Origin: Azolla caroliniana
Lineage: Eukaryota; Plantae; Polypodiophyta
Assembly (NCBI GenBank): GCA_043228905.1
Contig: JBHGNT010000001.1
Coordinates: 24,552,001 to 24,616,000, forward strand
DNA length: 64,000 nt
Direction of reading: 5' to 3'
Shown: piece after piece, positions 51,837 through 64,000 of the stretch
How the letters are laid out: each line of letters starts with the position of its first letter
Position numbering within the stretch: position 1 is the stretch's first letter
Notes under the pieces: model-generated
Seen by the model: only the letters and a program-made list of their open reading frames with translations
What the model was told of the DNA's origin: nothing
The model's database searches: none
Program-made: the position numbers and the translations under genes

Positions 51837-54314
51837 CTAGGAATATACCACCTCATGAAAGGCCAATTTGCTGAGCCTCACATTCCCCCATTTCTTACAA
51901 GCGCTCAGTAATGAAAGCCAGAGTGTAGGATATTCTGAAGCAGGCATCATCTCAATCATTGGCATTGCCTTATCAAAGAGCCCTCCACTACTCAACATAA
52001 CTATCATGCAATTATGATGCTCAGACCCGGACCTAATATCATATGCTCGAGCCATATTCCAATAGCACATTTCAGCGTTATCAAGAAACCCCGACCGACC
52101 ACATGCATTTAGAACACATAATAAGGTGACTGCATCTGGAGAAATGCCTTCCCCTTGCATCATTTCCAAACAATTCAAGGCATCATGAGCTTTCCTTTGT
52201 TGAGCATATCCACCAATAAGTGCATTCCACGAGACAATGTCTTTCGTACAAAGCTCATTGTGTAGCTCTTGTGCTTTTGCAAGCATACCACATTTGATGT
52301 AGAAATCGACCAATGCTGTGCCCAACATGCCATTTTTCTCCATTGATAGTCCCCTTCGCACAATCTCATAGTGAATTTCTTTGCCCTTGTTCATAGCTCC
52401 AATGTTACTACATGCCTTCAGAATGGAAGTGAAAGTGACAACATCCGGAGAGATGCATTCACTTAGCATCATTTCTAAACAACGAAAAGCTTCATATTCT
52501 TGTCTTTGTTGTACATATCCCGCAATTAGTGCATTCCAAGAGACCACATTTTTAACATCAAAACCATTATGCACTTGTTGTGCTTTTGCAAGACAGCCAC
52601 AATTGACATACATTTGCACCAAAGCACTTCCAAGTACAATATCTTTCTCTAGCAACCCTCGACTGATAATATCATCATGGAATTGTTTTCCCTTGCTAAT
52701 AGCTTTTGTCAAGCCACACAACTTCAAGATGTAAGTGAAGGTGATAGCATTAGGTGAAACACACTCAGTCTGCATCTGCTCAAAACAATGGAATGCTTCA
52801 TGGTATTGTTTGTATTGAATATACCCTCCAATTAATGCAGACCAAGAGATTACATTTCTCACCAGAAGCTCTTCAAACACTTCTTGTGCTTTTGCAAATT
52901 CGCCACATTTTGCATACATGTCTACTAAGGCATTGCCGAGCACAATATTGTTTTGCAGTAATTTCTTATTGATGATCTCGTCATGGATCTGCCTACCTTT
53001 GTCAATCATTCCTGTACTACCACATGCCTTCAAGAGGCAGCTGAAGGTTACTTCATCTGGATCTACACCTTCCCTTTGCATCTTCTCAAAGCAATACAAA
53101 GCCTTGTGAGCATGTCCGAGTCGAGCACATTCTCCAATAACAAAAGACCAAGAGAATACATCTCGGCGAGGAAGCACTTCGAGCACTTCTTGTGCTTTTG
53201 AAATAAGACCACATTTGGCGTACATCTCCACCAAAGCATTGCCAAGCATGACATTTTCGCTCAAATAGGTCTTCGTGAGAATCTCATTATGAATTTCCTT
53301 TCCCTTATCGATAGCTCCAATGTTTCCACAAGCTCGCAAAGCACAGGTGAATGTAATCCCATCTGGAGAAAGACCTTCATTTTTTACCTCTTCAAGGCAT
53401 CGTAATGCTTCTTGTCCTCGCTCTGCTCGAACATACCCAGCAATCAACGTAGACCAACACTCCACATTTCGGATTGGAAGCTCCTCAATCACATGTTGTG
53501 CCTCTAAAAGTGCACCACATTTAGCATACATATCAACCAAGGCATTTCCGAGCAAAATATTATTCTTCTGAAAGCCTCTACGAACAATCTGATCATGGAT
53601 TTCTTTACCTTTGTCAATATTCCTTATAATGGCACAAGCTTTCAAGATACAACTAGAAGTCACCACATCTGGAAAGAATCCCTCACTTTGCATTCTTTCA
53701 AAGCACTCCAGCGCATCATCACCTTGTGCATGCCTTACATACCCTGCAATTAAAGCCGACCAAGAAATTAAATCTCGAGCACAAAGATCATCATGTACTT
53801 TTTCTGCTGTTCCAAGTACACCACATTTTGCATACATATCCACTAAAGCAGTGCTGAGCATTATATCTTTCTTTAGCATGCCTCTACAAACAACCTCATA
53901 ATGGATTTTTTTGCCTTTCTTAATAGCCCCTATGCTACCACATGCTTTCAAGACAAAAATGAAGGTGATTACATCAGGAAAAAGGCCCTCATTCTTTACC
54001 CTTTCAAAATAATGGAGAGATTCATGAAATTTCCCCTCTTGGGTAAAGCATACAATTAATGCATTCCACGACATTATGCTTCGAAAGAGTAGTGCACCAT
54101 GCACTTCTTGTGTTTTGAGAAGGCTACCACATTTGGCATACATTCGGATCAAACCACTGCTTACGCAAGGACTCTTTTCATGTAATCCCTTTCTGATGAT
54201 ATCGGCATGTATGATCATTCCTTTACATAGGTCCTTATTCTTGGCACATGCCTTGAGTAATGCCACAAAAGTAATCTCTTCTTTATTATCTTCTTTAAAT
54301 GATATCCTTGTCAT
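51837..54314 (-). CDS. PLS-class pentatricopeptide repeat protein (organellar RNA-editing factor type), 825 aa, E domain truncated
   Basis: Repeated LGNALVDMYAKCG / SWNALIAGY / PDVVTFTSILKAC triplets; ends WLSLLSACKKWGNVRLSKLAF. Confidence 0.92.
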   Translation of the reverse strand: MTRISFKEDNKEEITFVALLKACAKNKDLCKGMIIHADIIRKGLHEKSPCVSSGLIRMYAKCGSLLKTQEVHGALLFRSIMSWNALIVCFTQEGKFHESLHYFERVKNEGLFPDVITFIFVLKACGSIGAIKKGKKIHYEVVCRGMLKKDIMLSTALVDMYAKCGVLGTAEKVHDDLCARDLISWSALIAGYVRHAQGDDALECFERMQSEGFFPDVVTSSCILKACAIIRNIDKGKEIHDQIVRRGFQKNNILLGNALVDMYAKCGALLEAQHVIEELPIRNVECWSTLIAGYVRAERGQEALRCLEEVKNEGLSPDGITFTCALRACGNIGAIDKGKEIHNEILTKTYLSENVMLGNALVEMYAKCGLISKAQEVLEVLPRRDVFSWSFVIGECARLGHAHKALYCFEKMQREGVDPDEVTFSCLLKACGSTGMIDKGRQIHDEIINKKLLQNNIVLGNALVDMYAKCGEFAKAQEVFEELLVRNVISWSALIGGYIQYKQYHEAFHCFEQMQTECVSPNAITFTYILKLCGLTKAISKGKQFHDDIISRGLLEKDIVLGSALVQMYVNCGCLAKAQQVHNGFDVKNVVSWNALIAGYVQQRQEYEAFRCLEMMLSECISPDVVTFTSILKACSNIGAMNKGKEIHYEIVRRGLSMEKNGMLGTALVDFYIKCGMLAKAQELHNELCTKDIVSWNALIGGYAQQRKAHDALNCLEMMQGEGISPDAVTLLCVLNACGRSGFLDNAEMCYWNMARAYDIRSGSEHHNCMIVMLSSGGLFDKAMPMIEMMPASEYPTLWLSLLSACKKWGNVRLSKLAFHEVVYS

Positions 54315-57120
54315 GCTTTTTGCCGTTCTTCATGAGCACATTGCAAAATATTTGCTCCTCTCAGGAAAGAATCAAACCAGTGTATATGGAGGCACATCTC
54401 TCACTATGACGGTTTACACCTTAGCATCAAAAACATAAAGTTGAGAGAACCAAAGTTCAATTCTCGACATGGGCTTGGCCAACCTCGTCCCATAGATCGT
54501 ATTTGGTCTCCCATGCACGTTAATAATCTATCTCTCGACCTTTCAAAATAGTATGTAGCCAAGTTTGAGCCGTACACAACCCAAAGAACTAAGCTACTTA
54601 GCTGTGTATGTATATGTCATATACATACATACATATACACACACATTTGTAGGAATGCAAAACATAACTGGCGAGAAACCCACCAATTTGATGTCATGGG
54701 ACACATACATACACATACACAAACGTATAAACATATATTATTTTATAAATTTAAAGCAGATGCCTGCAATGAAGCCAGTGAAGAAATTCTGAAGAATGAA
54801 ACTCTTGGAAGCATAGAAAGATACAGATTAAGGTTGGGTTTCATCAGGATTCATGTGATCTACAGTCCAATATGAGTAACGAAGGAAGCACAAAGGAAAT
54901 CAAAATCTTCCCCACAAAACAGATATGGGGATATTCCCCGGGTGCATGACACCATTTCACACTCTGTTAGCTTGGTATCCCACCCACATGGAAACATGGA
55001 CATCACAACCAAGGCCCCTGCCTCACCATCCAAAAGATGCTGAGAGTTCTTCCAAAGGGAGGAATGTATGTATGCATTGGCAACCAAAAAAGCATACAAA
55101 GGAACAGTGGGGGTGGAGGAAGGCCTCCTGTCCTGATGCTTCTTTCCTCTTCCATGGTGTAACTGTGAGAACCATGTTGATTCATGCCTGTTTGTTCCTT
55201 CTTGTGCTTCCAGTAGCCTTTTCAGACCATGGGGCACATTACCAGCCGGAATCACAATGGAGTGGCTAACGACCGGCCATCCCTCCGATTTTTGCTTAAT
55301 GCATATACATACAGTTTTTTATTACGACTGCTTTTGTCCGGCTGTCCTATGGGCGAGGCGAGGCGAGATGAGTCTCGTGTCAGACTCGCCCCAATCCATC
55401 CACTGTTAGGCACCTCCACTTGCAACCTATAGTTTCATGGGACATTCACTTTTTGAAACATGCTAGTCCTAGTAGCCCTGTTGGAATGCCAAATTTTCAA
55501 GCTCTATAGTCAAAATCTAGAATTTAGCAAACAAACTCCATAATATTAAACAACATTATAATCCACCACAATCAAAAACAAAAACCTACACAAACCATAT
55601 AATATTATAGAAAGATATTATTTTGAAAAACCCATATGTCTTTGGCATATTCATTGAACAACAATATGTTGTGAAATCCAAAACTTGTATTCTTCTTCAT
55701 ATCTTTCCAAGCTTCAAAGCATTCATCCCACATAACCCCTACAAATTTGGTTTTGTTTTCTAATATTAGCGCCCGGAAACATAGCAATAAACTTCGATTT
55801 TTGAGAGAGAGAGAGAGAGAGAGTTGGTTTAGAAATTTGCTTTTGATCTTATTCATCTTAGAAACCCCTCTTTCACATGTGATTGGAAGTTTTTTTATTG
55901 TAATCATTCTTCACTTTATATTGATGTCTCTCTTTTTTTATAAATAGGAATACATTAATTGCAAAAGTCGAATTACAATGGATGGAATACGATATCCTAT
56001 GGGGGTCACTTTATGTTTCCATGACATCCTTCTTCTCTAAATACATCATTGTGAACCTATATAGTCTCATGTGATAAAGACCAATGCAAATGACAAACAT
56101 GATGCCTTGTCACAAAATCAATCAATCTAGTTTCCCATGACATCCATCATCTCTAAATATATCATTATGAACCTATATAGTAGTTTCATGTGATAAAGGC
56201 CAATGCAAATGACAAACATGATGCCTCAACCTACAAATCCCTAATTCCTCTTTTGACAACCTCCCTAAAGTTTCCAACAAGAAAATTTGCCATATCAGTA
56301 TGCCTTTTAAACATTGAATGTGTCTTTGAACGCTATATTGAGCATACAAAACAAAGGTATTTTGCATACATCAATTATGCCATAATCCCCAATACCTTAG
56401 ATATTGAAAGGATATCTGAAAATGTGGAAAAGGCATTCTCTACCACACATGATAGAAACAAGAATTTCTTCACTCCAATTATAGAAGCCTATATTGTGTA
56501 TATAAATTTCCAAATAACCATTGCTACTAGACAACCAATAAATTGATGTTTATTATGTCCCTTTTGAAGTGCGCAAACAAACACATTCTAGAAGCAATAT
56601 TTTATCTTCACAAAGTAGCTCCTAGAGATAATATACCCATTACGACCCTCCAAATAAACACCTTGGCTTTAAAAGGAAGATGAGATTACCATCCCATTTG
56701 TACGACACTTGGCCACCACCTCTTCTTATTCCCTTGTTGAGAATCAAGCTCAACCTAGTCTAGTGTGTGAACACATCTTTTGAGAATCTATGAGCACTCA
56801 AAGGTCAAAGGTCGCCACTACTTTCAGTTAGGAAACGGGTCCCTCCGGATGGGAAAAGAAGAGCCGAGTTGATGAGAAACTCGGCTGAGGCCGAAACCGA
56901 AATCATGTAGACAGCCAACTCGGAAGACTATACTTGTAAATAGTCTAAATATGCCCTTATGGGCTACACTTGTAAATAACCCAAAAGGGTGTACTAGTAT
57001 AAGTACTTAGGGCAATCATAATATTATTATGTGTCATTGTTAAAAGGTTACTTAGAAGGTCGTTGCCTCTGTAACTATGTAACAGTGAGTGAGAGTGAGA
57101 GAGTGTGTAACTGTGTAACC

Positions 57121-60100
57121 TGTTGGGAGACAGGTCCCTCCGGATGGGAAGGGAGAAGAACAGTGCTGACAAGCAAACTCGGCCGAAACCGGATGAGGAG
57201 TACCCGGCTACGGAGAGCCGGATGGTGCAGACCCGGTGAGAACCGGATGAGGAGTACCCGGTTACGGAGAGCCGGATGGTGCAGACCCGGTGAGAACCAG
57301 ATGAGGAGTACCCGACTACGGAGAGCCGGATGGTGCAGACCCGGTGAGAACCGGATGAGGAGTACCCGGCTACGGAGAGCCGGATGGTGCAGACCCGGTG
57401 AGAACCGGATGAGGAGTACCTAGCTATATTTGTAAATAGCCGAAAAGTCATATTAGTATAAATATGACTTAGGGCAAACTTTTATGGTTGTTGTTGCCAT
57501 TCTTGTTGGTGCAAGGATAGAGAGAGCGTGTAACTATGTACAGAGAGTGAGAGAGAGAAAGAGGTCGTTGCCTCTGTTGTAACCGCCGCCTGTGGCAAAG
57601 ATCGTGAGCACGAGGTCGTTGCCTCTGTGAACTCACTGTTGTACATTCTAACATAGTGATAGTTTGCAGCTTGTGGGCTGCCGTGGTTTTTCCCCTTAGT
57701 TTGGGTTTTCCACGTAAACATCCTGCGTACTCGTCTCTTCTTCGTGTCGTTCATTATTTCCCGTTTTCTGTGTGTGATTCTAAGCTCAGTTGCGGCCGAG
57801 CGTTGCGTATAAGGAGCCTTGAGTTCTCGTCAAGTGGTATCAGAGCGAAACGACACAGAAAAATGGACGAATCGTTTGGCGGCATGTTCAAGCTCACCGG
57901 CTCCAACTATTCAGTGTGGAAGTCGAAGATGAGGGACATGCTCGTGGTTAAAGACCTCTGGCTGTCGGTTCAGTTCGGGGACAAGAGACCGGACAAAATC
58001 GACGCCGCGATATGGGAGGTGATGCACATGAAGACAACGGCGTACATACGGTGCTTCATCGACATGAGCCTGTACAACAACTTCAATGAAGAGAGCAAGG
58101 CTCATGAGCTCTGGGAGAAGATCGGCATAATCTTTCAAAACAAAAATGTTGTTAATCAGGTTTCGGTATTCCGGAAGCTAGTAAGACTCTGGTACCAAGA
58201 TGGCTCCAGCATGGCGGAGCACATGAATGCCTTCCAGGGGCTGATCCACCAGGCAACTTCATTGGAAGCTGAAGGCAGTTCGAGCAGATAACGGAGGAGA
58301 ATACCGGGGGCAGTTCGAGGAGTACTGCCGCTCGAAGGGAATCCGGCTCGAATTTACCGTGCCGAAGACGCCAGAACTAAACGGACTGGCCGAGAGGATG
58401 AACCGGACCATAATGGAGAGGGTCTGGAGTATGCTAGCGCATGCAAAACTACCCAAGAAGTTTTGGGTTGAGGCATTATCGACGGCGACATATGTGATAA
58501 ATAGATCACCCTCAGTACCCTTGGACGAAAACACGCCACAGAGAGTATGGACCAGTAAGGAAGTGTCCTACCAGCATCTGAAGGTATTCGGGTGTCTCGT
58601 GTACGTGCATGTAACTAAGGACCAGAGAGGAAAGTTATATCCAAAGACCCGACCATGCATATTCCTTGGCTACGACGACGATGAGTTCGGCTACCGAGTG
58701 TGGGACCTGGTCGACAAGAAGGTATTCCAGAGTCGAGATATTATCTTCATGGAGGACAAGACGCTCGCCGACTGGGAGTCGGAGAAGAAGATAATGAACT
58801 CTGAGTCGACCGGTGAGGATCAATTCTACGATGAACAGACCCAACCGGCAAGAGACCGGTTAGCACTCGAGGAACCAGCTGGTTACGGTGAGGATACCGA
58901 ACAGGCTGAAGAAGAAGTAGAGGAAGCCGAATCCAGAACCGGCCAAGACCCCGAATCGGATTCGGATGAAGAGCAAATGGAGGAGCCGGTTACCGAAGCC
59001 CGAAGACGGAGATATCCTCTCAGAGAGAGAAGGGCACCCCAGAGATTTCCGGATGCAGAGCATGTTTTGCTGACCGATGAGGGGGAGCCGGAAAGCTTCG
59101 AAGAAGCGAAGGATGACACCCACAACCGAAAATGGTTAAGTGCCATGCAGGATGAGATGGATTCCCTGCATGAGAACCATACGTACGAATTGGTGGAGTT
59201 GCCGAAAGGAAAGCGGGCACTTCGAAATAAGTGGGTGTACAAGTTGAAACCGGGAGATGCCGGCAACCCCCCGAGATACAAAGCCAGGATCGTGGTGAAG
59301 GGGTTCCAGCAGAAGAAGGGCGTGGACTTCGACGAGATATTTGCCCCGGTAGTAAAGATGACCTCCATCCGGACGGTGCTGAGTATAACGGCAAGCATGG
59401 ACCTCGAGGTAGAGCAGCTAGATGTGAAGATGACATTCCTTCACGGTGACCTCGAAGAGGAGATCTACATGCAGCAACCGGAGGGATTTGTGGAGAAAGG
59501 GAAGGAGCACCTGGTATGCCGGCTGAAGAAGAGCCTGTACAGACTAAAGCAGGCTCCCCGACAATGGTACTGGAAGTTTGATTCCTTCATGACCGATCAA
59601 GGGTACCACAAGACGCAGGCCGATCACTGCGTGTTTGTGAAGAAATTTGAAGGAGGCGACTTCTTGATACTCCTTCTATACGTGGATGACATGTTGATCG
59701 TCGGATGGGACCAAGTCAAAATACGGATGCTGAAGAAGGCTCTCAACCAGACCTTCTCAATGAAAGACTTGGGTCTGGCAAGACAGATGCTGGGGATGCA
59801 CATCATTCGGGACCGGTCAAAGAAGCAATTATGGCTGTCATAGGAGAAGTACGTGACAAAGGTGCTTCACCGGTTCAACATGTCAGATGCGAAACCGGTC
59901 GAATTGACACTTCCGGCAAACTGCAGGTTATCCGATAAGCAAAGCCCAAAGATGAAAGCAGAGAAGGCGGATATGATGAAGATTCCATATGCCTCTGCCA
60001 TCGGGAGCTTGATGTACGCAATGGTGTGTACCCGACCGGATATAGGATACGCAGTCGGAGTGGTGAGCCGGTTTATGAGCAATCCCGGCAAGGAGCACTG

Positions 60101-61162
60101 GAACGCGGTCAAATGGATACTCCGGTACTTGAAGGACACCTCAAATATGTGTCTCCGATTCGGCTCCGGAAAACCTCAACTTGACGGTTTTACCGATTCG
60201 GACATGTCGGCTGATGTGGATACCAGTCGGTCTACATCCGGGTATGTAATGACATATGCAGGGGGAGCTGTTTCGTGGCAGTCGAGATTGCAGAAGACGA
60301 TTGCATTGTCAACCATGGAGGCGGAGTACAGGGCAGCTGTGGAAGCCGGCAAGGAAATCTTATGGATGAAGGACTTCATCGGAGAGCTCGGTATCCGGCA
60401 AGATGAATACTGGCTCTATTGCGACAGTCAAAGTGCCATCCATCTTGCTAAGAATGCGGCCTACCATTCCCGGACGAAGCATATCCAGCGAAGGTATCAC
60501 TGGATCCGGGAAAGAGTAGATGACCAGGAGTTCTGATACCCGACAAGCTGGATGCATGCCGAAACAGGATCGGACTAGTAAGACACCCTCATGCCGGAGT
60601 GAAGGGGTAGTTTGTTGGGAGACAGGTCCCTCTGGATGGGAAGGGAGAAGAACAATGCTGACAAGCAAACTCGGCCGAAACCGGATGAGGAGTACCCGGC
60701 TACGGAGAGCCGGATGGTGCAGACCCGGTGAGAACCGGATGAGGAGTACCTAGCTATATTTGTAAATAGCCGAAAAGTCATATTAGTATAAATATGACTT
60801 AGGGCAAACTTTTATGGTTGTTGTTGCCATTCTTGTTGGTGCAAGGATAGAGAGAGCGCGTAACTATGTACAGAGAGTGAGAGAGAGAAAGAGGTTGTTG
60901 CCTCTGTTGTAACCGCCGCCTGTGGCGAAGATCGTGAGCACGAGGTCGTTGCCTCTGTGAACTCATTGTTGTACATTCTAACATAGTCATAGTTTGCAAC
61001 CTGTGGGCTGCCGTGGTTTTTCCCCTTAGTTTAGGTTTTCCACGTAAACATCCTGCGTACTCGTCTCTTCTTCGTGTCGTTCATTATTTCCCGTTTTCTG
61101 TGTGTGATTCTAAGCTCGGTTGCGGCCGAGCGTTGCGTATAAGGAGCCTTGAGTTCTCGTCA
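57121..61162 (+). mobile_element. Ty1/copia element (inner), internally deleted, both LTRs present
   Basis: LTRs 57121-57832 and 60613-61162; TSD taacc (57116-57120, 61163-61167); tRNA-iMet PBS tggtatcagagc at 57835; PPT gagtgaaggggtag; integrase and RT (LLLYVDDMLIVG) at 58359-59843; RNase H to 60536. Confidence 0.95.
57189..57420 (+). repeat. 54-bp tandem repeat in the 5' LTR (4 full units plus a partial one)
   Basis: Unit accggatgaggagtacccggctacggagagccggatggtgcagacccggtgaga; only 1 full unit in the 3' LTR. Confidence 0.95.
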
Positions 61163-62485
61163 TAACCGTCTGTTGACGAAGTAGAATCTCGAGGTCGTTT
61201 CCTCAGAGCTTCTAGTTGTACTCCACTTTTTAGCATAGTATTTCTGTTTCTCAGGGTTTGTGGACCCCCGTGGTTTTCCCATTTCAGGTTTCCACGATAA
61301 GGTCACATGTCTCTGTCTCTTGTGCTATTTTCTATTTTCATACTCTGTCTGAGTGCATTCTACTTTACGTTCCCTGCACTTGAACATCCGAACGATCAGC
61401 CAATTGTGGCCAGTCACGATTCTCGACAAAGTGGTATCAGAGTGAACAACTCAGGAAATGGAAGAATCGTTCGGAGGCATGTTCAAGCTCACCGGCTCTA
61501 ACTACTCAGTGTGGAAGTCGAAGATGAGGGATATGTTAGTGGTTAAAGATCTTTGGTTGCCGGTTCAATTCGGGGACAAGAGACCAGATAAGATCGACGC
61601 CATAATGTGGGAGGTGATGCACATGAAGACGACAACATAAATCCGGTGCTTCATCGACATGATCTTGTACAACAATTTCAGTGAAGAAAGTAAGGCTCAT
61701 GAACTCTGGGAGAAGATCAGCATCATGTTCCAAAACAAGAATGTTGTTAATCAGGTTTCGGTATTCCGGAAGCTAGTGAGGCTCCAGTACCAAGACAACT
61801 CTAGTATGGTGGAGTACATGAATGCCTTCCAGGGACTAATAAATCAGGCAACCTCGTTGGAAGTACCTCTCGCCGATGAGGTACTCGCATTACTCCTGCT
61901 TGGTTCCCTCCCAGATAGTTGGGAGACATTAGTTGTCACGTTGGGCAACGCCGGGCCGGAAGGAAAACAATTGTCCCTAGCAAGAGTCAAATCAAGCTTG
62001 CTAGATGAAGAAGCTCGCAGAAAGGACCGGGAGTTTGGAACCGATTCAAAGGCCTTGGTTACGGAAGATGACCACAACCGGGGAAGAGGCCGGTATCGAA
62101 GTCCCCAAAACTGGGACAAATTGGGGATGAGGTCGAAGTCGAGAGGAAGGCCCACGTGCTTCTATTGCGGGAAGTCAGGGCACTTTCAAAAGATTTGCCA
62201 ACATTTCTGAAAGGAAAAAGGGGGAGCTGATGGTATGCAACCGGAAAAAAATTTGGAAAACAGGAACACCTCGGCGATTGTGACAAGTGAAGAGGAGTTG
62301 TTGCTCATTAGCAAGTAGAACAAAGTGAACCTTGTCGGCGATGGATCGACATGGGTGGTCAATTCGGGTGCGTCATTTCACCTAACCTCGGACCGAAAAT
62401 GCTTCTCATCGTACAGGGCCGATGATCTCGGATCCGTAAAGATGGGAAATGAAGGAGCATGCCAAATAGTTGGCATTGGAGACGT

Positions 62486-64000
62486 TGTCGTGAAGAAAAC
62501 CGCCCACAAGAGGAATCGGAGGAACAAGGCGTGGGAAACGGCTCTACACACACACGCGCGCCAAGAAGTACCTAAGGACGAAGTAGGTACATACGAGGAT
62601 CCTAGGTGGGTAGATTCGGTTGGTATGCAGTTAATGCCAAACGGCCTCTTGACGGGCTATAAAAGGAAGAGGAAGAATAGAAGTGGGGCATCTCCCACGG
62701 AGAGGACGAAGTGCTGCCGAACCGATTTCGGAGCTTCTCTCTCACTCCTGCTCTCTCTGTCTTCTGCTCCATCGCGTACCTGTGCAGGTTTCGAGGAGGC
62801 TTGCGCTGTTCCGTGGAACGCCCCGAGTGCGTCCTGCAGCACCTCCGACCTGTTTTCCCTTTCTGTGCGTCGCGACATACAGGGGTCGGCAGCTGTTCGC
62901 CGCCCTGTTCGTTTTCGTTAGTATCTATTTTGTGCCCCACCGTGGGTTGTAATACTTTAGTCTGTTATTTTCTTGCATTCATAAGTACATATCTCTCGTT
63001 GTTGCGTCCATCTGCGTCGGCGTTTATTTGGGATCTCTGTTTGTTGGGCCGTGTCCCTGTGCAATCGTCGGTTCTGCGCTATCGGATCTTCGGTTCTGTG
63101 TAATCGGGTCTCTCTCTCTTTCTTCTCTCTCTCTTGCTCTTCGGTTCGAGACCCCCGTGGTCCCTCCTCCTTTCTACACGCAAGGGCGTAGTAACCTCGA
63201 CATCTTGGTGAACCCGACGTGAAAGAGGCGGCAGAAGAGTGGGAAATGAAGGGGGCGGATCTTGCAGAGGCCATGGCTTCGGCCGTGGATCGGATAGTAA
63301 GCGCGCGCGAGGGCACCGGCGCCCTCGATAGAGCTATTGAGGCGGTCGTCGGAACGATCGGTCGATTCACCGGAAAAGATGCCACGAAGTACCTGGCGTC
63401 CTACGGTGCGGAAATGTTAATGCGGGACATTCCGGAAGACAGGCGTCTGGCCGGTTTTCCCCGAGTGGCGATGCCGAGCATCCACGCGGAGGTGCTCGAG
63501 GTGCGGGCGGAGAGCCGTACCTGGGAGGAGTTCGAAGGTCGGCTCCTGGAAAAATACGGACTGGACGACGCGCTCCGGCTTTCGAAGCGAAGCTTCATGG
63601 AGTGGGTGGAGTCTCCCGGGAAAGGAAGGAATGCGTCGGCACTCCTCCGGGAGTTCGAGGAGAACTTCGCGCGCCTTTCGGCGCTTGACAGGATGGTCCT
63701 GGATACAAGCCGGGTCCTGCTGTTCGTCAAATCGGTTGACGAGAGGGATCGGAGTCACGTGGGCGCCCTGCTAGAAACCGAAGATGGGCTGATAGCCGAC
63801 TGGGCGGCGGTCAAGAGAGCCTGCGGCCGTTTCGACAAACGGCGAGAATGGGAGGATGACAGAGCAACCGGGTCGGGCTCAGTCGCGGCGAGGAAACTCG
63901 AGCCGGCGCAGCCGGTGCGAAGGGAAGAGACTCGGGAGTGGCTGGAATCCGGTTCGGCTCCGACCGGCGTGATCGGAGGCTCGACTGGGGGAGCTGCGTT
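62486..64000 (+). mobile_element. LTR retrotransposon (probably gypsy): 5' LTR 62486-63202, PBS, gag running off the window
   Basis: tgtcg...tcgaca LTR with ctataaaagg; interrupts the copia reading GIGDV; open frame from ATG 63246 (MKGADLAEAM...GRFTGKDATKYL...RTWEEFEGRLLEKY). Confidence 0.82.
63206..63223 (+). promoter_or_regulatory. Primer binding site complementary to tRNA-Trp
   Basis: tggtgaacccgacgtgaa is the reverse complement of ttcacgtcgggttcacca, the plant cytosolic tRNA-Trp 3' end as I recall it. Confidence 0.75.

Larger units (their letters stand above)
56826..62485 (+). mobile_element. Ty1/copia element (outer): split 5' LTR, PBS, gag and protease start; continues beyond a nested element
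   Basis: LTR halves at about 56826-57120 and 61168-61428; PBS tggtatcagag at 61432; gag MEESFGGMFKLTGSNYSVWK, CFYCGKSGHFQKIC, WVVNSGASFH. Confidence 0.88.

Noticed and set aside
54860-56550. Short ORFs upstream of the PPR gene
   Set aside because: No recognisable motifs or consistent splice structure; includes a short local duplication at about 56010-56225.
57189-57420. CRISPR-like array or repeat protein ORFs (56957-57451, 57031-57423)
   Set aside because: The units are head-to-tail 54-bp copies with no unique spacers and lie inside a copia LTR; the ORFs arise because 54 is a multiple of 3.

Overview
Eukaryotic (land-plant) DNA made mostly of nested, decayed transposable elements. A fern or other seed-free plant is my inference, from a long PLS-type PPR gene, a Tcn1/Tf1-like chromovirus and the TE mix. 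Two host genes are present: an intact 7-exon wax ester synthase/diacylglycerol acyltransferase (WSD1-like, 39394-48623 +) and an intronless PLS-class PPR gene (51837-54314 -). The standout is an 8.4-kb DNA transposon (19962-28344) with 37-bp TIRs and a 4-bp TSD (AGTT). It encodes a Sola-like DDD transposase and, divergently, a spliced 6-exon gene for a protein that fuses a ParB/Srx-like domain to a bacterial-type beta-class N4C/N6A DNA methyltransferase (DIPY...NPYQKP...VLDLFSGTGTT). This copy is pseudogenized. It sits in a Tat-like gypsy LTR, which sits in a LINE, which sits in a (GA)n microsatellite. Other signals: a TGT...ACA element family inserted three times at CG-centred sites, Tf1-type self-priming in a chromovirus, a tRNA-Trp-primed element, tRNA-like modules inside several TE termini, and copia-in-copia nesting. 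All protein-family calls are by eye from motifs; no searches were run.
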